DNA of 36,309 bases, filler included, from Atractiella rhizophila (GCA_021432655.1; 32 parts of 32 records of this genome joined end to end with filler, not necessarily neighbours in it); one strand, 5' to 3'. Counted from the first letter of the whole stretch, positions 1-11,763 are shown. The notes: a model not told the origin generated them from the sequence alone. Made by a program: numbers and translations.

Positions 1-1071
1 GGAAATTCGAAAGGGAGCTAACAGATCTCCTTCAACACCATGTCCAGAGCAATTACTTCCTCCTTGCTGTATGGCACATTGGGTCTACCATCTTCGGCCT
101 CTGCAGGAGCACTCAAATGGATCAGGATCCGTAAGAACTCCTCGAAACATTGGGACGCGTCAATGAGGTCTTTAGGTTGTTCAAGCTGGCGCTCTCCTCA
201 GTTTCTCGTCATTCATAACCAAAAAATGCGTACAGAAGAGAGGTCTAGCCATTTGGCGTCTTGAAGGACGCGAAGAGCGACTCTTATGGATGAGCAAGTG
301 GACATCCCGAGGTTGCTCCCGAAACGTCGTTGCTATAGTTGGGGGCAATGGAGACGCACACAATTTATGAAGTTGCCAAATCTGCGAAGGCAGCACTCGA
401 ATTGAAGTGTAAGCCTCAAAACTCTTTCTGAATGTTACAACACAAGAAATGTATGTTAATGGTGAGGACCAAAGCTGATTTTGTCACTGCTGCTGTGATT
501 CTCGTTGCAAACGCGTTCCAAGACATTTCCAGTCACGTGCCATGATCCGCGTGTGACAAAGCTTCAGGCTGTGGGCCATTATTAGCGAGCTTTGATGACC
601 CTGAGCCGAGCTGGAGCAGCCTCGAGCTTTGAGAAACCATTGGCAAATCAATCGATCGATCAACTGTGCAGTATCCCGCTCCATCGCTCCATCGATGTGA
701 TAATGTACTCAGTAGCCTAGCCGAGCTTGGATCTCGAACGTGAACCTTGGAGTTATGAAGGGAGTTAGGTATGGCATGTGTTTCCACTTGCCTGTGAGCC
801 ATGTCGTCCGCACCGGCGACAGTTCATGATGGCAAATCGTGATCATAAAACGTGTGGTGCCGAGACGGGTTTGAAGAATTTGATGAATCGATGAAAGATT
901 CCTCAGTTTGAAGTGGTCCTGCACGCTTTCCCCCGCACAGGAGGATGTGTGGAGGCATGAGAGCTTCGCCAGACTCCGCATTTTTATTGCCTGAAACGCT
1001 CTGTCGTAATTCGTGCACGCGTTCCGAAAAATTAGCGCCTCGTCAGATTCTGGGCTGTCCCGGCTGTCCCA

Positions 1072-1171
1072 NNNNNNNNNNNNNNNNNNNNNNNNNNNNN
1101 NNNNNNNNNNNNNNNTTAATTAATTAANNNNNNNNNNNNNNNNNNNNNNNNNNNNNNNNNNNNNNNNNNNN
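1072..1171. other. Artificial contig spacer, first of 31 (44 N + TTAATTAATTAA + 44 N)
   Basis: The same 100-nt block starts at 1072, 2243, 3412, 4578, 5744, 6909, 8070, 9227, 10380, 11531, 12682, 13830, 14976, 16122, 17266, 18408, 19547, 20683, 21818, 22953, 24087, 25221, 26345, 27464, 28582, 29693, 30801, 31906, 33010, 34110 and 35210. The 12-mer gives stops in all six frames, and contig lengths never increase along the window. Confidence 0.99.
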
Positions 1172-1554
1172 AAGCAATACTCTTCCCATCGCAGGGTTCC
1201 AGAGGCACGGGCAGCTCGACATGATGTTTAGAGAGACATAGTTATTACAAACATATTCTTCCTTCATAATTTGATTGGACTAATATATTCTTGCAAAATT
1301 GTGCATCACAACATTCTTTCTTATGTGACTTGAACAGCTTCTCGAACTCGAACTAGAAAAAAAAAAGCCTGGAAAATTTGGAACAAAATTCATCAACTAT
1401 CATCAATGAGGCATGCTAAGACATTGTTGTTGCGACTAGGTGACCGTCACCATACACAATTCAGCGCCTTGATTATTCCAGGATACATCCAATGTATGCA
1501 CTACTTTCAGCAGGGTATCAATCTATCCATGCCCTAACCACACTTAAGCTGTTG

Positions 1555-1708
1555 CATGGCTCAGTTTCATGAAATTTGGTTGTCAGTCCCATCTGCAACT
1601 GTTGTTGATAACCTATCGACATGGCTCAGTTTCTACAAAATTTTGTTCTCAGACCCTCTTCCCCTGCTGTCGATAACCTATTGACATAGAGCAGTTTCAA
1701 CAAAATTG
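1555..1708. repeat. Degenerate 65-bp tandem repeat, about 2.4 copies
   Basis: Units start at 1555 (CATGGCTCAGTTTC), 1620 (CATGGCTCAGTTTC) and 1685 (CATAGAGCAGTTTC). The first two both end in GATAACCTATYGA. Confidence 0.85.
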
Positions 1709-2002
1709 CACTTAGAGTTAACAATGCATAGACAACACATATCTCAACCGTTATAAATTAATTTTGTAACTTTGAATCTACTCTGTTTACTCAGAGATAT
1801 ATGCTAAATATGAACCAGAGCAGTCCAATGAAGCAAGGATTTCAATGGATAAGTGCTTCAAGATGTGTCTTAGAGGACATTGCCTGTACCTGCTATTGTT
1901 TATGTATACATGGCATTTGGACTGGATTCTTATTTTTATCTGTCGCAGGGTCTATCCTGGTTGACTAAGAGCCAACAGTTTCATGATGATGCTGTCTTTA
2001 TT

Positions 2003-2138
2003 GGAGGCAGGATCATACCCTGGGTGCCTAGGAGGCAGCAAGGATATAGCCAGGATCGTGACAGAGGCAGGATTTGGTGGCAAGGAGGCAAGGATTCAGC
2101 CAGGATCTCGTTCCTGACAGCGGCAGGGTTGAACCCTA
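2003..2138. mobile_element. Putative DNA-transposon (hAT-like) end with subterminal repeats
   Basis: Cluster of GAGGCAGGAT, CAAGGAT and AGCCAGGATC motifs ending at GTTGAACCCTA (TAGGGTTCAAC on the minus strand). TAGGG-starting termini with subterminal repeats are typical of hAT elements. Only one end is present. Confidence 0.35.
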
Positions 2139-2342
2139 AACTACTGTTACTATGGGTTACGGAGATATTGAACATACCTAGATATTGAACACCATATATT
2201 AAAATTTTTCAAATATACATCAATTCCTTAGCTTTTGTATATNNNNNNNNNNNNNNNNNNNNNNNNNNNNNNNNNNNNNNNNNNNNTTAATTAATTAANN
2301 NNNNNNNNNNNNNNNNNNNNNNNNNNNNNNNNNNNNNNNNNN

Positions 2343-3044
2343 AGAGTCAGAAGTGGATGCAGAGGCGGAGGAAGGCAATTGCAATGTCGGGACTGTCAGT
2401 TGAGGGATTGGCGCAGAGGAAGTGTTGGATGAGGTGGAAGAAAATGTGGTCGAGTTCACGTCCGGGCTGGTTGGAGCGCTGACAAAGGAGATCTCGTTCG
2501 GACTCTTGTCGGAGAAGTCGCTGAGTGACGATTCGTTTTCGTCCGGGTTGTAAGGAACCATGGTAGACGATTTCTGAGACTGCAGCACAAGAGGTTTTGG
2601 GGTCTGTGGAGCGGAGACTGAGGAGAGATTGAGGGAGGGTGGGCCGCGCCGTTTTTGAGGAGGAGGGAGAACGAGGGAGGTCATCGTGATATCTTGAGGC
2701 GAGGTCAACTATCATGCCCACGGCCATCCAGTCAGTACTTGCGTTACTCAAGGCTGTTCGCTTATGAAGAGGAGAACAAGTCAGTTGACGCGGAGACCTC
2801 GATCATCCAGGCATCACACTGCCGCAGCCAACACAAAGACCGCACGCACGCCACCTTTCTTTGTGAGGATCGGTGAAACACTCACACTTTGGTCGTTTTC
2901 GAGCAATTCTTGGTTGGAAGCCTTCAACTTCTTGCTTGGTGATCCTTCCTTTTGGTTATCAAATCCAGAGCTGGAATCGTCGTGCGCTTTGATGGGTCTC
3001 TTGTTATTGGAATTCGTCCAACTTTTCTGATGAAGGGATTGCAT
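2343..3044 (-). CDS. Hypothetical Ser/Pro-rich protein, 5' part, with a possible MAPK docking motif
   Basis: ATG at 3044 (MQSLHQKS...). A phase-0 intron 2849-2709 (GTGCGT...ACTGAC...ATAG) joins ORF 2814-3122 to ORF 2295-2708 in frame. Contains QKRRGPPSLNL. Runs off the contig end. Confidence 0.55.
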
Positions 3045-3511
3045 ACGCGTTTTGCTAAGCTGCGAACGAGAAAGTCGTGATATCTGTGGAAGGGTCAGTC
3101 TTGGAATATATGGAGCTGACACAGAGGGGTGTGATCTGGAAAACAGTCACCTGTGGAGCTGGAGGCTGTGAATGAAAAAATCACTTTGGACCTGCCGAAG
3201 TAATGGAAGAGAAAGGTGGACCAGAGAAGGGAGATGGGGAGATGCTGAGGCAGAAGAGCTGATTTGGTCGTCCTGCCTGCTAATTACTTGCTTGGCTGGC
3301 GTGAAGCGAGTGTTGTGGTCGGACGCTGGCCGCGACCGAAGCGGAGTTGTTTTCTCCCTTTGTCTTGGCGTTTTCTGCCAATTTCGCCATTTTGATCAGG
3401 ATTTGACCTCGNNNNNNNNNNNNNNNNNNNNNNNNNNNNNNNNNNNNNNNNNNNNTTAATTAATTAANNNNNNNNNNNNNNNNNNNNNNNNNNNNNNNNN
3501 NNNNNNNNNNN

Positions 3512-4577
3512 GACCCCCAAGTTGATACCACACGCCTGGACGTCTTGGTCCTTTATATTCTCGCCCTCGGAGCAGAAATGTCCAATCATTCAGAGATTTT
3601 GGGGAGGTCCGCCAGGAGAACCATTCCCGTTGAACTTCAGGATGAAGAAGATGATTATCGTGAGCAAGGAAAGGCTAGGAAAGCCGCCGCCAATTATTTA
3701 CATGAGCATTGCCTTGCCTTAGCACTTGCACCTTCGTCCCCTTTGCGCCAGGCGAATGAAACGAATCTAGCACTTTTGCTCGAGCTGTTAGGTTTCTTTA
3801 AGAACTCTTCTGGCGTCACACGAGAGGCTTTTGATTTAGTCGTGGAACACTTTAACAACTTGTGGACAGCTGCAGAGGAGAAGGAGAAGGAGAGGCTCAG
3901 GTGTTTCTACCTCGAGCACATAATTATGGTGTGTATTCTGTCATTCTCAAATAGTTTTTGACAATCGATCGATGAAGGCGGATAACCTAATTAACTCCAT
4001 CAGAGGAACCCTTCCGAGTTTGTACGTTGCGCTCGTTGCCTCTTAGATCGACTCAAACTGCTGACAATAGAACCAACGAACACTACCGAAAATATTACCC
4101 GGAATGTAATTCCAAAATTGATTACAGACTTTTCATCAACGGATTCTGGTTTTATGAAGTTCATCTCGGATGTAATGAAAATGACCAGGAATTCTGGGAT
4201 GTGTCCTGGGCCGCTCAAGAGGCGACAACGCGCACGTTCTGTTACGCCAGTAAGCTATTGCTTTTTCCTTCATCTGATCTCAACTTGCAACTAAATACAA
4301 CTGAAGGACATAGCCTACCTGATCTTGATCGTGAAGGGGCTGAGGAGGTTTGCCAACGGCTCTACCAACTCGTCACAATGTTTCACAGATGGAGAGCGAC
4401 CCAGTTCCACTTCAATTTCACGTATGATCCGGAAGTCCAGGATGTTTTCAGTCTTTGTCACTTCTATGAATGCGGTTCAACACGTCTGGCCGAGCCACGA
4501 GAAATCACCTCGTTTGTAATCGTTCGGATGACGCGTCACGCTTTCCTCCTGCACAGAACTGTGAGGGAAGCACTGCA
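3512..4577 (+). CDS. Internal fragment of a multi-exon hypothetical protein, possibly a fungal transcription-factor middle region
   Basis: Introns 3929-3977, 4022-4070 and 4250-4306 (GT...AG, 49-57 nt) splice into one open frame: ...HIIM ADNLINSIRGTLPSL TNEHYRKYY...FCYA RHSLPDLD... Family not recognised with confidence. Confidence 0.65.
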
Positions 4578-5843
4578 NNNNNNNNNNNNNNNNNNNNNNN
4601 NNNNNNNNNNNNNNNNNNNNNTTAATTAATTAANNNNNNNNNNNNNNNNNNNNNNNNNNNNNNNNNNNNNNNNNNNNGCGACAGCCGACATGTTTAAAGA
4701 ATTGGCGGGAGACAGCAAAAAGACAAGTCCGTCGTTTCTTAGACGCTCACAAAAAATTTGTGCGGAACCGAACGTCGCATTTTCGATCACAACTATCCGG
4801 TGTTTTGGACCAATTTTCTGTCATCATTTTATATCTGCATCTTTCTTTCTGGGTTACAGTAAGTAGGCAGCCATACTTCACAAATCTCTTAGTGCCCATG
4901 GTGAAAATGTGTAAGGGAGAAGCTTGAATTTGCCCGTGAGTGCTCTAAGTCTCAGTTGTCAGTCCCGTTTCAGTTTCAGCTTGGTCCCCTCAACTGCGCA
5001 TCAACTCCGACTCATGCGGTCACACTTTTTCAAGTCCCGACTCAACTCTACTACTTTAACATCTTCGTTCTTCGTCCTGCACACTTGTGAGGTCTGATTA
5101 TGAGCGGAATATAGGGAATGAAATCCCGTCGCTCTTCCCCTTGGAGCACAACTTATTTTGGAAGCTCGAGTTCGAAGTAAGTGATACTTTTGTGATTCGG
5201 CCGGCATGCATGGCCTAGTCTGAGATAACCAGACCAGACAAGGACAGCTCAACGCTATTTGAGCCTTTATCGTTGTAATCTTGCCTCATATTTACACTTG
5301 GATTCAGACGAAGGAACATCAGTTCCTTGTTGATATGTCTTATCTTCAAGATACAGATAGATCTTGTTCGAAAGGCTTATTTGACTTGGCCCAAAATCAC
5401 CACCTGGTCTCACGTCACAGCTGTTCAGAGCTGGGTGTGTTCAAGGTAATGTTGACCACCGCACAACTCAGCCAAGACTTTTGGCACTACTTTCATCCTT
5501 CAATCTACTCCTAATCCTTATAGAATACAGCTGTGCCTTCTGTTCCATCGTCACGACTGCGTTTGAGCATTCGCGTCGTCTGGAGTGTACTATGGTTATT
5601 TTATTGACCCTGTCAATCGGTCATACTGCCACAATTCGTTCAAGGCAAATGCCGAAGGTGTTAAACAAGCATTCAAGCTCAAGGTCCTGTATCCATTCGA
5701 GTCTTCAGTCATCTGAAGCTTGATCCTGCTTCGACTCAACAGTNNNNNNNNNNNNNNNNNNNNNNNNNNNNNNNNNNNNNNNNNNNNTTAATTAATTAAN
5801 NNNNNNNNNNNNNNNNNNNNNNNNNNNNNNNNNNNNNNNNNNN

Positions 5844-6382
5844 ACCCACACCCTCGCGCCCAGTAGGAACTGACAACTCACTGCAGTTATGACATGTCCG
5901 TCAGCTCCGACCCGAATTGGGAGGCGGCGCTCACAAAAGAGCAAGGTGGTTGCGGCTGGGCCGATAAGGTGAATCTTATCGCAAGTCTTTGGGTCAAATT
6001 CGAGCCAAAGGAGGCACCTCGCATAGACGATGACCAGGAGCCCCCAGAAGCTGCATAATCCTCGCATAAGCCTTCCCGCCTGCGAAGGAATTGAGACAGT
6101 TACCGATTCAGGAAGAATGCGGCACGAACTGACGTCCAACGGTCTGCCTTCCACATCGTCTTGTATTCGTCAGGGAAAGTAAGAATAAAATCCCAACCGT
6201 AAATTGCAACGCAAGCTATCTTCCCGTCACTAGAGTTCATAGTAGAAGCCAGAGGAGTGCGAACCAGTGAGATAGGTACCACTAGCAGAGAGAATGTCCT
6301 CAATAGCAGCGCGCTGAAGGGCGATATCGAGCTGTTCTTCTACGGTAGGACTAGTATTTGTGGAAAGAGCGGAAGCTGACAT
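5844..6382 (-). CDS. DUF6533-domain basidiomycete membrane protein, 5' part
   Basis: ATG at 6382. After removing three short introns (the first is 6264-6216) it reads ...ACVAIYGWDFILTFPDEYKTMWKADRWTSVRAAFFLNRFWGLL...C...FLLGARVW. This matches the DUF6533 pattern YDxxLTxxxExxxxW...W...FxLNRY plus the downstream LxRVW motif. Confidence 0.85.
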
Positions 6383-6427
6383 GGCGTCTCTTGTGCCGCA
6401 GAAAAAGTTTTGGGCATCTACAAGTTC

Positions 6428-6435
6428 TTTATATA
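6428..6435 (-). promoter_or_regulatory. TATA box of the DUF6533 gene
   Basis: TATATAAA on the minus strand about 45 bp upstream of the ATG at 6382. Confidence 0.5.
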
Positions 6436-7008
6436 CCCCATTTCAGACCCACTGCATGAAGCTCATGAGCCCGGGTTCTTCAACCAATTTGCATACATAA
6501 CATGAACAGTTGCCAGCCCTGCTCTCCTTCACTAAAATAAAATCGAGTGGAGTTCTTTCTGTCGGATAGTCTGGCAAGAGTTTGGGTTCCCGTTGGGAAT
6601 ACGCACTTTCTCAGTATCCCAGGAAGAAGGTTACTGGATACTTGCTTTGACTGCATGCATACATTCATTCTCTTTTCTTGGTGGGGGCGATCGAAAGGCA
6701 GAACTTTCGGGCAACCATGTCAATAGGTCGATTCCCTTAGGCTACCTCGTAAGGTTGTAGTCACATCAATCCTGGAACATTCGACTTGAAGCTATACCAT
6801 ACAAAATGTTGACGAAACAATCCATGTTTATTTTCAGAAAGACATGGAGACATCTTTGTTGAGTGATGAAAACGTGGTGGAAAATTAGAGACAATCAGTG
6901 ATCATTTTNNNNNNNNNNNNNNNNNNNNNNNNNNNNNNNNNNNNNNNNNNNNTTAATTAATTAANNNNNNNNNNNNNNNNNNNNNNNNNNNNNNNNNNNN
7001 NNNNNNNN

Positions 7009-7071
7009 GAGTTCATCTCGCACGCGGTGGAATTCGACGCTTCCCTTAAAGGCGGTTTCAGCTTGGCTCAT
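7009..7071 (-). CDS. Possible N-terminus of a gene truncated by the contig edge
   Basis: AAAATG context and 21 open codons (MSQAETAFKGSVEFHRVRDEL) running to the contig end. Too short to identify. Confidence 0.25.
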
Positions 7072-7959
7072 TTTGCTTCAGTTAGATTTCAGACTTTTCT
7101 TTTATTTGTGTGGGCTTCATAAGGTGCTTGGAATTGTTCAATGATTGATTGTTATCGGAAGGAATTGTTGGACTAGCTGTTGACCTGTTGTGATAATGTT
7201 CAGTGTTGGCAGCAAAGTATCAAATGGCACATAAAGTGTAATATATCAGGCATACACGAAAGCAGATGACACTGGCAGTTCTGTGATACGAGTTCCTCCA
7301 GGCTGCCCCACGTCCTGAACTCGGACTGGAAACCAAATAAAGACTGAAAGTCACGTGATTCTATCCAGCAAACAACTTGAACATCCAACCTCTTCCAGCT
7401 TCAAACGCTGCAGCACACATCTCTCCTTTGAAGGACGTGGACTACTGCGTGAACTGCCCTATACTTATCCACTCATACCACCTAAACGCGGTGGCATCGT
7501 AGCGAGCTAGCAAATCTCGAGAGGGGATAGATTGTGTGCCTATCCTATTGCGAACGCCACCAGTAGTGAATGTGATCCTTCTTGTCTGCTAAATGTGAGT
7601 TATCCTTTTCCCTGAGCAATCATGCGATCACGGATGCCTCGATTGCTTTTCGGTGCAGTCACTTAGAGATATTTAGTGAGCACATATCATCACGGTAGTT
7701 AAGTGCTCATGCCATTAAAACGCGTTTTCGCGCTTTGAGCAAATTGAACGTTCCGCCTTCTCTCAAAAGGGATGAAACCACGCCCACAATGCGCTTTTCG
7801 TACGCGTCCATCGTACCGCGGCATACATATGACTAAAATGCTGAGCAAATACATAACAGTGGCCCTTTGAGCGATTGGCTCAATACATCAACTGTCAATC
7901 CAAGTTGGTTCAACTGCAGCTAATTAACGTTAATCGCTCCACTGATAACAGTTTCAGTA

Positions 7960-8069
7960 ATGGACACCGACTTAGCTCTCGCCGTCCTTTCCTCCTTATA
8001 CCCTTCCCTGTCCTTGGAAGCGGCGCTGGATGTACTTGTCAAGAACGACGGGAACTTGGAGAAGGCGAA
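7960..8069 (+). CDS. CUE-domain protein N-terminus, possibly the fungal CUE + AlkB-like 2OG-Fe(II) dioxygenase family
   Basis: Frame absent from the ORF track: MDTDLALAVLSSLYPSLSLEAALDVLVKNDGNLEKA, which fits the CUE pattern LxxxxPxxxxxxxxxxLxxxxGxxExA. Truncated by the contig end. Confidence 0.65.
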
Positions 8070-8169
8070 NNNNNNNNNNNNNNNNNNNNNNNNNNNNNNN
8101 NNNNNNNNNNNNNTTAATTAATTAANNNNNNNNNNNNNNNNNNNNNNNNNNNNNNNNNNNNNNNNNNNN

Positions 8170-8322
8170 TTTCAGAAACGTGGTCTACCTCATGCTCATA
8201 TTCTCATCATTCTTCATTCACAAGATACCATTAAGGATGCTGAAGCTATCGACCGTGTTGTATCAGCCGAACTACCAGACAAAGATGCTGACCCCGAGCT
8301 TTTCGATATTGTGTGTCAGCAA
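8170..8322 (+). mobile_element. Helitron Rep (HUH endonuclease) fragment
   Basis: The frame from 8170 reads FQKRGLPHAHILIILHSQDTIKDAEAIDRVVSAELPDKDADPELFDIVCQQ. This is Helitron Rep motif 2 (EFQKRGLPHAH) followed by the usual IDxxxSAExP...LxxxV segment. Similarity stops before the expected MxHGPC. Confidence 0.92.
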
Positions 8323-8687
8323 GTCGATGTTAATGACCCATTGTCGCAAAGAGCCTGGTGGACCTGCTCTTCTAATGTCCTTCTATGCGTACCTCTACGT
8401 CACTGTGTGGTCCTTCCCAGATGCATCCGTCGTCCTGGTTCCTGCAGCTGAACACAACTTGAATATGTTGACGTTACAAGAGAGATAAACAAACCCGGAT
8501 CTCCTACGCACCATTGCGTGAGCGGGCATGTTCTTGCGCTTAATGTGGCCACCGCAACGCGAAGGATCGTCTTTGGAATGCGGACAGATCTGCCAGGATT
8601 TGGGAGTTGCAGTGGACACCTCTTCTTGCTCATAGATTCAGAGGCCTGGAGATGACCTCTTAGCTAACTATTTGCTGCTGAACTGTG

Positions 8688-8880
8688 CCCTGTCAAAAGC
8701 CGTTTGGTCACTTTTGCCCAACTTTGGTCGTTTTCGGTCGCTAACCAAAAAGGTGACCAATCGTGACCAATGTGGCCAAAAAAAATTGTACACTTTGACA
8801 AATCTTCTGGTCACTTTCAGAAAACAGAAACCTACGAATCCCGTTGTTTGGCCACTTTCAGTCACTCCTTAGTCGCTTTC
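8688..8880. mobile_element. Putative DNA-transposon end (CACTA/CMC-like) with subterminal repeats
   Basis: Starts CCCTGTCAAAA and is followed by about ten TGGTCAC, GTGACCA, TGGCCAC and GGTCGC motifs in both orientations. Confidence 0.4.
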
Positions 8881-9358
8881 TAGCTTTCCTCAAACGTAAT
8901 TTTACTCAGCCAATATTAGTCAAAATTAGTTGTGATTAGCCAAGTCTTGTATTTACACGATTAATCCAAATCAATGCATGGATTATAAAAAGAGAGATCC
9001 GTAAAATGTAGGCACGAACATATGTAGAAAGCAAGACCGTGAGTGGTGCCTGCTTTGGAATCCGCATCAGCGAGAGTGGAAGTACTGATAAGTCCTTACT
9101 GTCAATTCTAAGCAAGAGCTGGTGGGCAAGAGAAGACAATGTCCAGAGGTACTTGCTCCAGCCCTTTACCAACCTTGCGCCAGAACTGCAGTGCATAAAT
9201 ACGTATGATGGTCAGTGTCATGTTCTNNNNNNNNNNNNNNNNNNNNNNNNNNNNNNNNNNNNNNNNNNNNTTAATTAATTAANNNNNNNNNNNNNNNNNN
9301 NNNNNNNNNNNNNNNNNNNNNNNNNNTAATGATTTTGCGACCTGAGTGAGACCTGCAG

Positions 9359-10173
9359 ATGTTTTTTGCTCTCCTTCCATCTGTTGGGCTGGCGTCTTTG
9401 TCTGTAGCGCTTTCTGTTCCTGGTACGCCTGTTGATGATAGTCAAATTATGCTGACCATCCACTCAGTGTCGTATTCAAAGCTTTCTACCTTCGAGCCAG
9501 AGTCACCTAGTGTACCGAAGTCATCATTGACATGGACCTCTCTCCGCGATGAGAGCTTAGTGAATTGGAACGGGGGATGGAACGATTCAACATCACCATG
9601 CAACGCCAGCGATATCTCGAGATTCGCTCAGGGAACTAATAACTCGTCTACTTCCATGAAAGCCGTCTTCAACGTCCAAGGTTGCTTTTTCTTCATTTGC
9701 CAATCCGTTGCTGAGCTGTCTCAACAATACCAGAGGGCCATGGACTCTATATAAGTTTGCGAGCCTCGATTCATACCAAATACCGCTTTGGCTTTGCTCC
9801 CTCTCTTTACATCGGAAGTTCCACAGCGGGAACCCCTGAGGAGGACGAAACCTGCGCCGATGGCGTTGCTTTTGAGAATAATGCTCCAGGTGTTGGATCA
9901 GTGCTGGTGGAGATTGTGGGATACGGCTCTGCTGCAGACAGTGAAATGCTTCAACCGAGGCAGGATCAAACACCGTTTTGGTTGAAGGTGGACGGCATTT
10001 GGTACGTTCTCCTGTCCTCTACTTTAGTTTGGCACCAACTTTGGATTAGGAGGTACGACCTTCCGAAATCATCTGACACATCAACAAGTTCTGCTGCTCT
10101 AAGTAGACGCCTCGCAGTGCCAACTTGTTATACAATAGCGGCACTGATCGTTTGGTTTTATTCTTTTACGTGA
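9359..10173 (+). CDS. Putative secreted GPI-anchored protein, apparently complete
   Basis: Hydrophobic signal peptide MFFALLPSVGLASLSVALS. Introns 9423-9467, 9681-9733 and probably 10002-10052 keep one frame. Ser/Thr-rich linker (SSDTSTSSAA) then a hydrophobic C-terminus (CYTIAALIVWFYSFT*). Several N-x-S/T sites. Confidence 0.75.
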
Positions 10174-11763
10174 ATGGCTCTGTCTGAATGATTGTGGACG
10201 ACAATGGACTACTGTGTTGACTGCTTCAAGGACTATTCGCTGTGGAATGTTTAGACTGATAAAGGACTCTACATTGAATGATATTTAATCTGTGCTTGTG
10301 AACGAGAAGCTGAAATATTATCAGTATAATGACCCTGCAGATGCATTGCACGTTGATATTTTACATGAAATTTCCTAATNNNNNNNNNNNNNNNNNNNNN
10401 NNNNNNNNNNNNNNNNNNNNNNNTTAATTAATTAANNNNNNNNNNNNNNNNNNNNNNNNNNNNNNNNNNNNNNNNNNNNGAAGAACACGTATATTACGAT
10501 ATCCTTTTCTAAATGGACTGACTTTTATATTCTTCGAGTTTGATGTAATGAATGTTTGAGCCTCAACTTTCACATTTTGTCTTCATCTCGGTCCATCAGA
10601 CAGTAACCAATTGCAAAGTTAGCCCCTGAAGGTATTTCCAAAGGTGCTCAAGAGATCACATGATCTATGTAGCCAAAAAGGAAAGAAGAGAGAGGCGCAA
10701 AGGAAGGGGGGAAGCCTGTGTGTATCGTCCACCTCTCTTAATGACCCTCGGATTGGCCCCCTACTTTCCGGGTTATTTGATCTTATTTTGGTTCTCTAAC
10801 TTTTTCTTTTGCAGTGTTATTGTCTGTTCCACTTGATTTGGCTGCATGATCGCTGGGTGCGGTGTTCTAAGCTGAGGTGTTCCGTTCTTCACGTTTTTGT
10901 TATAGTTTGCCATCAAGACGCTGAAAATTCAATTATAATGGACCGTAAACATTATACACTGATGCTTTGCCATATTTTCTGTATGGAGATCTACCAGAGA
11001 AATAAATGCCAATCCATGTTACTGCCCATATAGAGCATTATGTTTTGAGTTTAAAGAAAGTAATGATTACGATAATGTTGTGTGCAGCGCTGCTCTCAGC
11101 TTTTGGTGATCGGTTGGTGCAACAGAAGCTTCAAAATCCAGCCAGATCCAGCAAGTTCCTGGACCTGGATTGCACAAACTCTCCAAATTTCAGTTTCCTC
11201 AGGAGTTCGTTGGCTAAGTTTTCCATGAGTCATGAACTAAGTCATTTCCAGCATAAAAACAACACTACTTCCTTCTCCTGCTAAGTTACCGTATCTTCAC
11301 TTTTATTAGTTAGGTTAGGTGAGTCCGCCCTCATAGGGAGTATCCACTGTCGACCCACAATCGTGTGTCTCAGTTAGTGTCACAAAGGCGTCCGAAGCAG
11401 TACGGAATGACTGAACACCCTCATTCCAATTTCAATGCAACACCACATTTGGGTTGACAGTCCTCCTTACTCCCGTTTTATTCAGGAAGCATCCGCGCTA
11501 CTCAGACAAAATGTTTCAAGGGTCTGACTCNNNNNNNNNNNNNNNNNNNNNNNNNNNNNNNNNNNNNNNNNNNNTTAATTAATTAANNNNNNNNNNNNNN
11601 NNNNNNNNNNNNNNNNNNNNNNNNNNNNNNGATGGTGAACAAAAGGAGGCAAGGCAGCAGCGGAAGAGGACAGCAGGTGTTGCTGAGATTGTCATTGATT
11701 GATCGGAAACTATTTGTGAGTTACATGGTCCGAAATACATTTAAAACTTTGGTTCAGCTATGA

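Noticed and set aside
1..1071. Possible decayed gene in contig 1 (splice-like signals at 131 and 451, several 60-90 aa ORFs)
   Set aside because: No consistent spliced frame or recognisable motif on either strand.
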